Source of the DNA: Macrostomum lignano
Taxonomy: Eukaryota
NCBI GenBank assembly: GCA_002269645.1
Contig: NIVC01000518.1
Coordinates: 1 to 64,000, forward strand
Reading direction: 5' to 3'
DNA: 64,000 nt
Shown in pieces: positions 62,001-64,000 of this stretch. The notes below the pieces were generated by a model. It had not been told where the DNA came from, did no database searches, and saw nothing but the letters and a program-made list of their open reading frames with translations. Made by a program: the position numbers and the translations under genes. Position 1 is the first letter of the stretch; the number at the start of each line of letters is the position of its first letter.

Positions 62001-62445
62001 ACCCTTTTACACATCTGGGCCCAGATCGGGATCGGGAAAGAGAGGCAGGCGGGTGGAGGTTGGGGTGGTTGCTACGCTGAAAAAAACAGCCAAACTTTAA
62101 AAGTGCACAGCGGCTTTCAGGATTAACTTTGAGATTTGAAATTTTACACGATTGTGTCAAAATAGTTGAAAATTGCCTGTGTCAAATTTGAAGAGAATCG
62201 GTAGAAGTGGAGCGGCGCTATGGAGGAATTAGTGAAAAAATCGCGCATTTTGAGCAGTTTTTTGTACTTTTAGGTAGGAAGACTCAAATTTAGGAAATTT
62301 AAAGGTAGCCTAAGACATTCTCCGTAGTGAGTTTAGGGTGGGTGTAAAATTTGGTGTCATTTGGTTGAGCGGTTTGGGAGTCCATAGCGATCAAAATTGT
62401 CCACACACACACACACACACAGAGTTTTGATTTTTATAGGTAGAG
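59063..62445 (+). mobile_element. Non-autonomous Helitron-like element, copy 2 (3.38 kb), head-to-tail with copy 1
   Basis: Same 5' and 3' ends as copy 1. The 3' ~1.25 kb is highly similar (57790-59062 vs 61190-62445). The internal CT tract has expanded a CTCTCTGCTTCCCC minisatellite (59640-60470). Confidence 0.6.
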
Positions 62446-62589
62446 ATAATAATAAATTTGGAACCAGAAAATCAGAAACTGTTGAGTCACGAGAAACTTG
62501 CCTGTGAAAGCAAACAGTGCGACCGTAAATACGGAGCCCTTTTGCTGACCTTTGTTCATCACTCCTGCTTATCTACGTTGCTTCCAGTG

Positions 62590-63200
62590 TCTCTTTTATT
62601 CTTCTGCCAGAATCTCTTCTTGAATCTCTTCCTGAATCTCTGCCTGAATCTCTTGACTATTCATGAATCTTTGCCTGAGTCTCTTCATGAATCTCTGCCT
62701 GAATCTCTTCCTGAATCTCTTCCTGAATCTCTTCCTGAATCTCTGCCTGAATCTCTTCATGAATCTCTGCATAAATCTCTTCATGAATCTCTGCCTAAAT
62801 CTCTTCCTGAATCTCTTCATGAATCTCTGCATAAATCTCTTCATGAATCTCTGCCTAAATCTCTTCCTGAATATCTTCCTGAATCTCTGCCTGAATCTCT
62901 TCATGAATCTCTGCCTGAATCTCTTCATGAATCTCTGCATAAATCTCTTCATGAATCTCTGCCTGAATCTCTTGACTCTTCATGAATCTTTGCCTGAGTC
63001 TCTTCATGAATCTCTGCCTGAATCTCTTCATGAATCTCTGCCTGAATCTCTGCCTGAATGTCTGCATGAATCTCTGCCGGAATCTCTGCCTGAATCTCTT
63101 CATGAATCTCTGCCTGAATCTCTTCATGAATCTCTGCCTGAATCTCTTCATGAATCTCTGCCTGAAACTCTTCATGAATCTCTACCTGAATCTCTGTCTG
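62590..63200. repeat. 12-bp minisatellite (GCC/TTC/TCA)TGAATCTCT with a duplicated variant block
   Basis: Direct reading; variant block GACT(A/C)TTCATGAATCTTTGCCTGAGTC at ~62655 and ~62975. Confidence 0.93.
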
Positions 63201-63423
63201 AATCTAGCTTAATAGATCTCTACCTGAGTCTCGGCTTTAGTTTATTTAAAATTTCTAAAGTAGGAACCAGCCAGAGCCGAGCATGAACCCAATGACAACT
63301 TAGTGATTAAGTTGTCCTTGGAATGAACCATAAATGAGATTAGTCTATGGCCAAAATCCCTGTATGCTGGAAAGGAAAGCTGCAATGCACGCACGCATGT
63401 CAACTATATATTAGAGTAAAAAA

Positions 63424-63729
63424 ATGACAGCCAATGATGACTCAAACATTCTAAACCCTCAATTTACAAACTCAGTACGCATGGAAGAGCCACCGAAAGG
63501 TGACAGCTCAGAGGAGGACGAGGTGCGTCAGCAGTCTTCCCAAACGCAGTCGTTTCCTTCTGCAAGCCAGCAGCAACAGCAGCAGCAGGAGGAGGTTACT
63601 GCACCAGAAGAAGCAGAACGAGACAGTTCGAACATATCCGGCGATAAAAGCAGGAAAGTGAACGGCGGAAACATGCAGCAGATTCGAACCCTGATGTGGA
63701 AGCACTGTTTAGAAGAGATTCGGCAGCCA
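63424..63729 (+). CDS. First coding exon of an ABCA-subfamily ABC transporter
   Basis: QIRTLMWKHCLEEIRQP matches the ABCA N-terminal motif QLRLLLWKN...R.P. It is followed by a canonical phase-0 donor cca|GTGAGT at 63730 and has an acidic/polyQ N-terminal extension. Confidence 0.75.
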
Positions 63730-63789
63730 GTGAGTCTATTTTTTTCTTTACTGTTGGATTTTAATCAATGGGAAATGAGATCCTAGAAT

Positions 63790-64000
63790 TCGGGATCAGG
63801 ATCTTCAAGGGGCTCAGGTTTGGGATTGGGATATTGGGATTCAGGTTTGGGTTTCGAGGCGACCCTTGAGATTCGGGCCTTAAGCCTTAGTCTTGGCTTT
63901 AGTCTCCGGGATTTGACTCTTGGGATTCGGGAACTGGTGTCTTAGGATTCGGGACTGCTGGGATCTTGGGATTCGGGACTGTTGGGATCTTGGGATTCGG
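63790..64000. repeat. Degenerate GGGATTCGGGACTG / GGGATCTT repeats in the ABCA intron
   Basis: Direct reading; continues past the window edge. Confidence 0.75.

Overview
This is eukaryotic, repeat-rich animal genomic DNA. GC-rich alanine-rich exons, many intronless genes and minisatellite-filled introns suggest the flatworm Macrostomum, but that is inference only. Host genes are: the 3' end of an unknown gene, RPS17, an intronless GT-A glycosyltransferase, a small single-pass membrane protein, a 4-exon TTLL10-like tubulin-modifying ligase, a partial minus-strand gene, an intronless clan-3 cytochrome P450, an intronless ~1200-aa internally duplicated protein with two Dpy-30/RIIa-like segments, and the first coding exon of an ABCA transporter. 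Mobile DNA includes two full-length Ty3/Gypsy LTR retrotransposons, a tRNA-derived SINE and a head-to-tail pair of non-autonomous Helitron-like elements. More than 20 different tandem arrays are present, including 5.8 kb of (AGGAG)n. The standout is the minus-strand Gypsy element at 6590-15047. Between integrase and the 3' LTR (the env position) it carries a same-strand accessory ORF of about 550 codons that reconstructs to a DnaJ J-domain, a SUMO-interaction-like motif, an NLS-like motif and a TatD/TATDN2-like domain lacking most metal ligands. No database search or structure prediction was run; all family calls come from recognised motifs.
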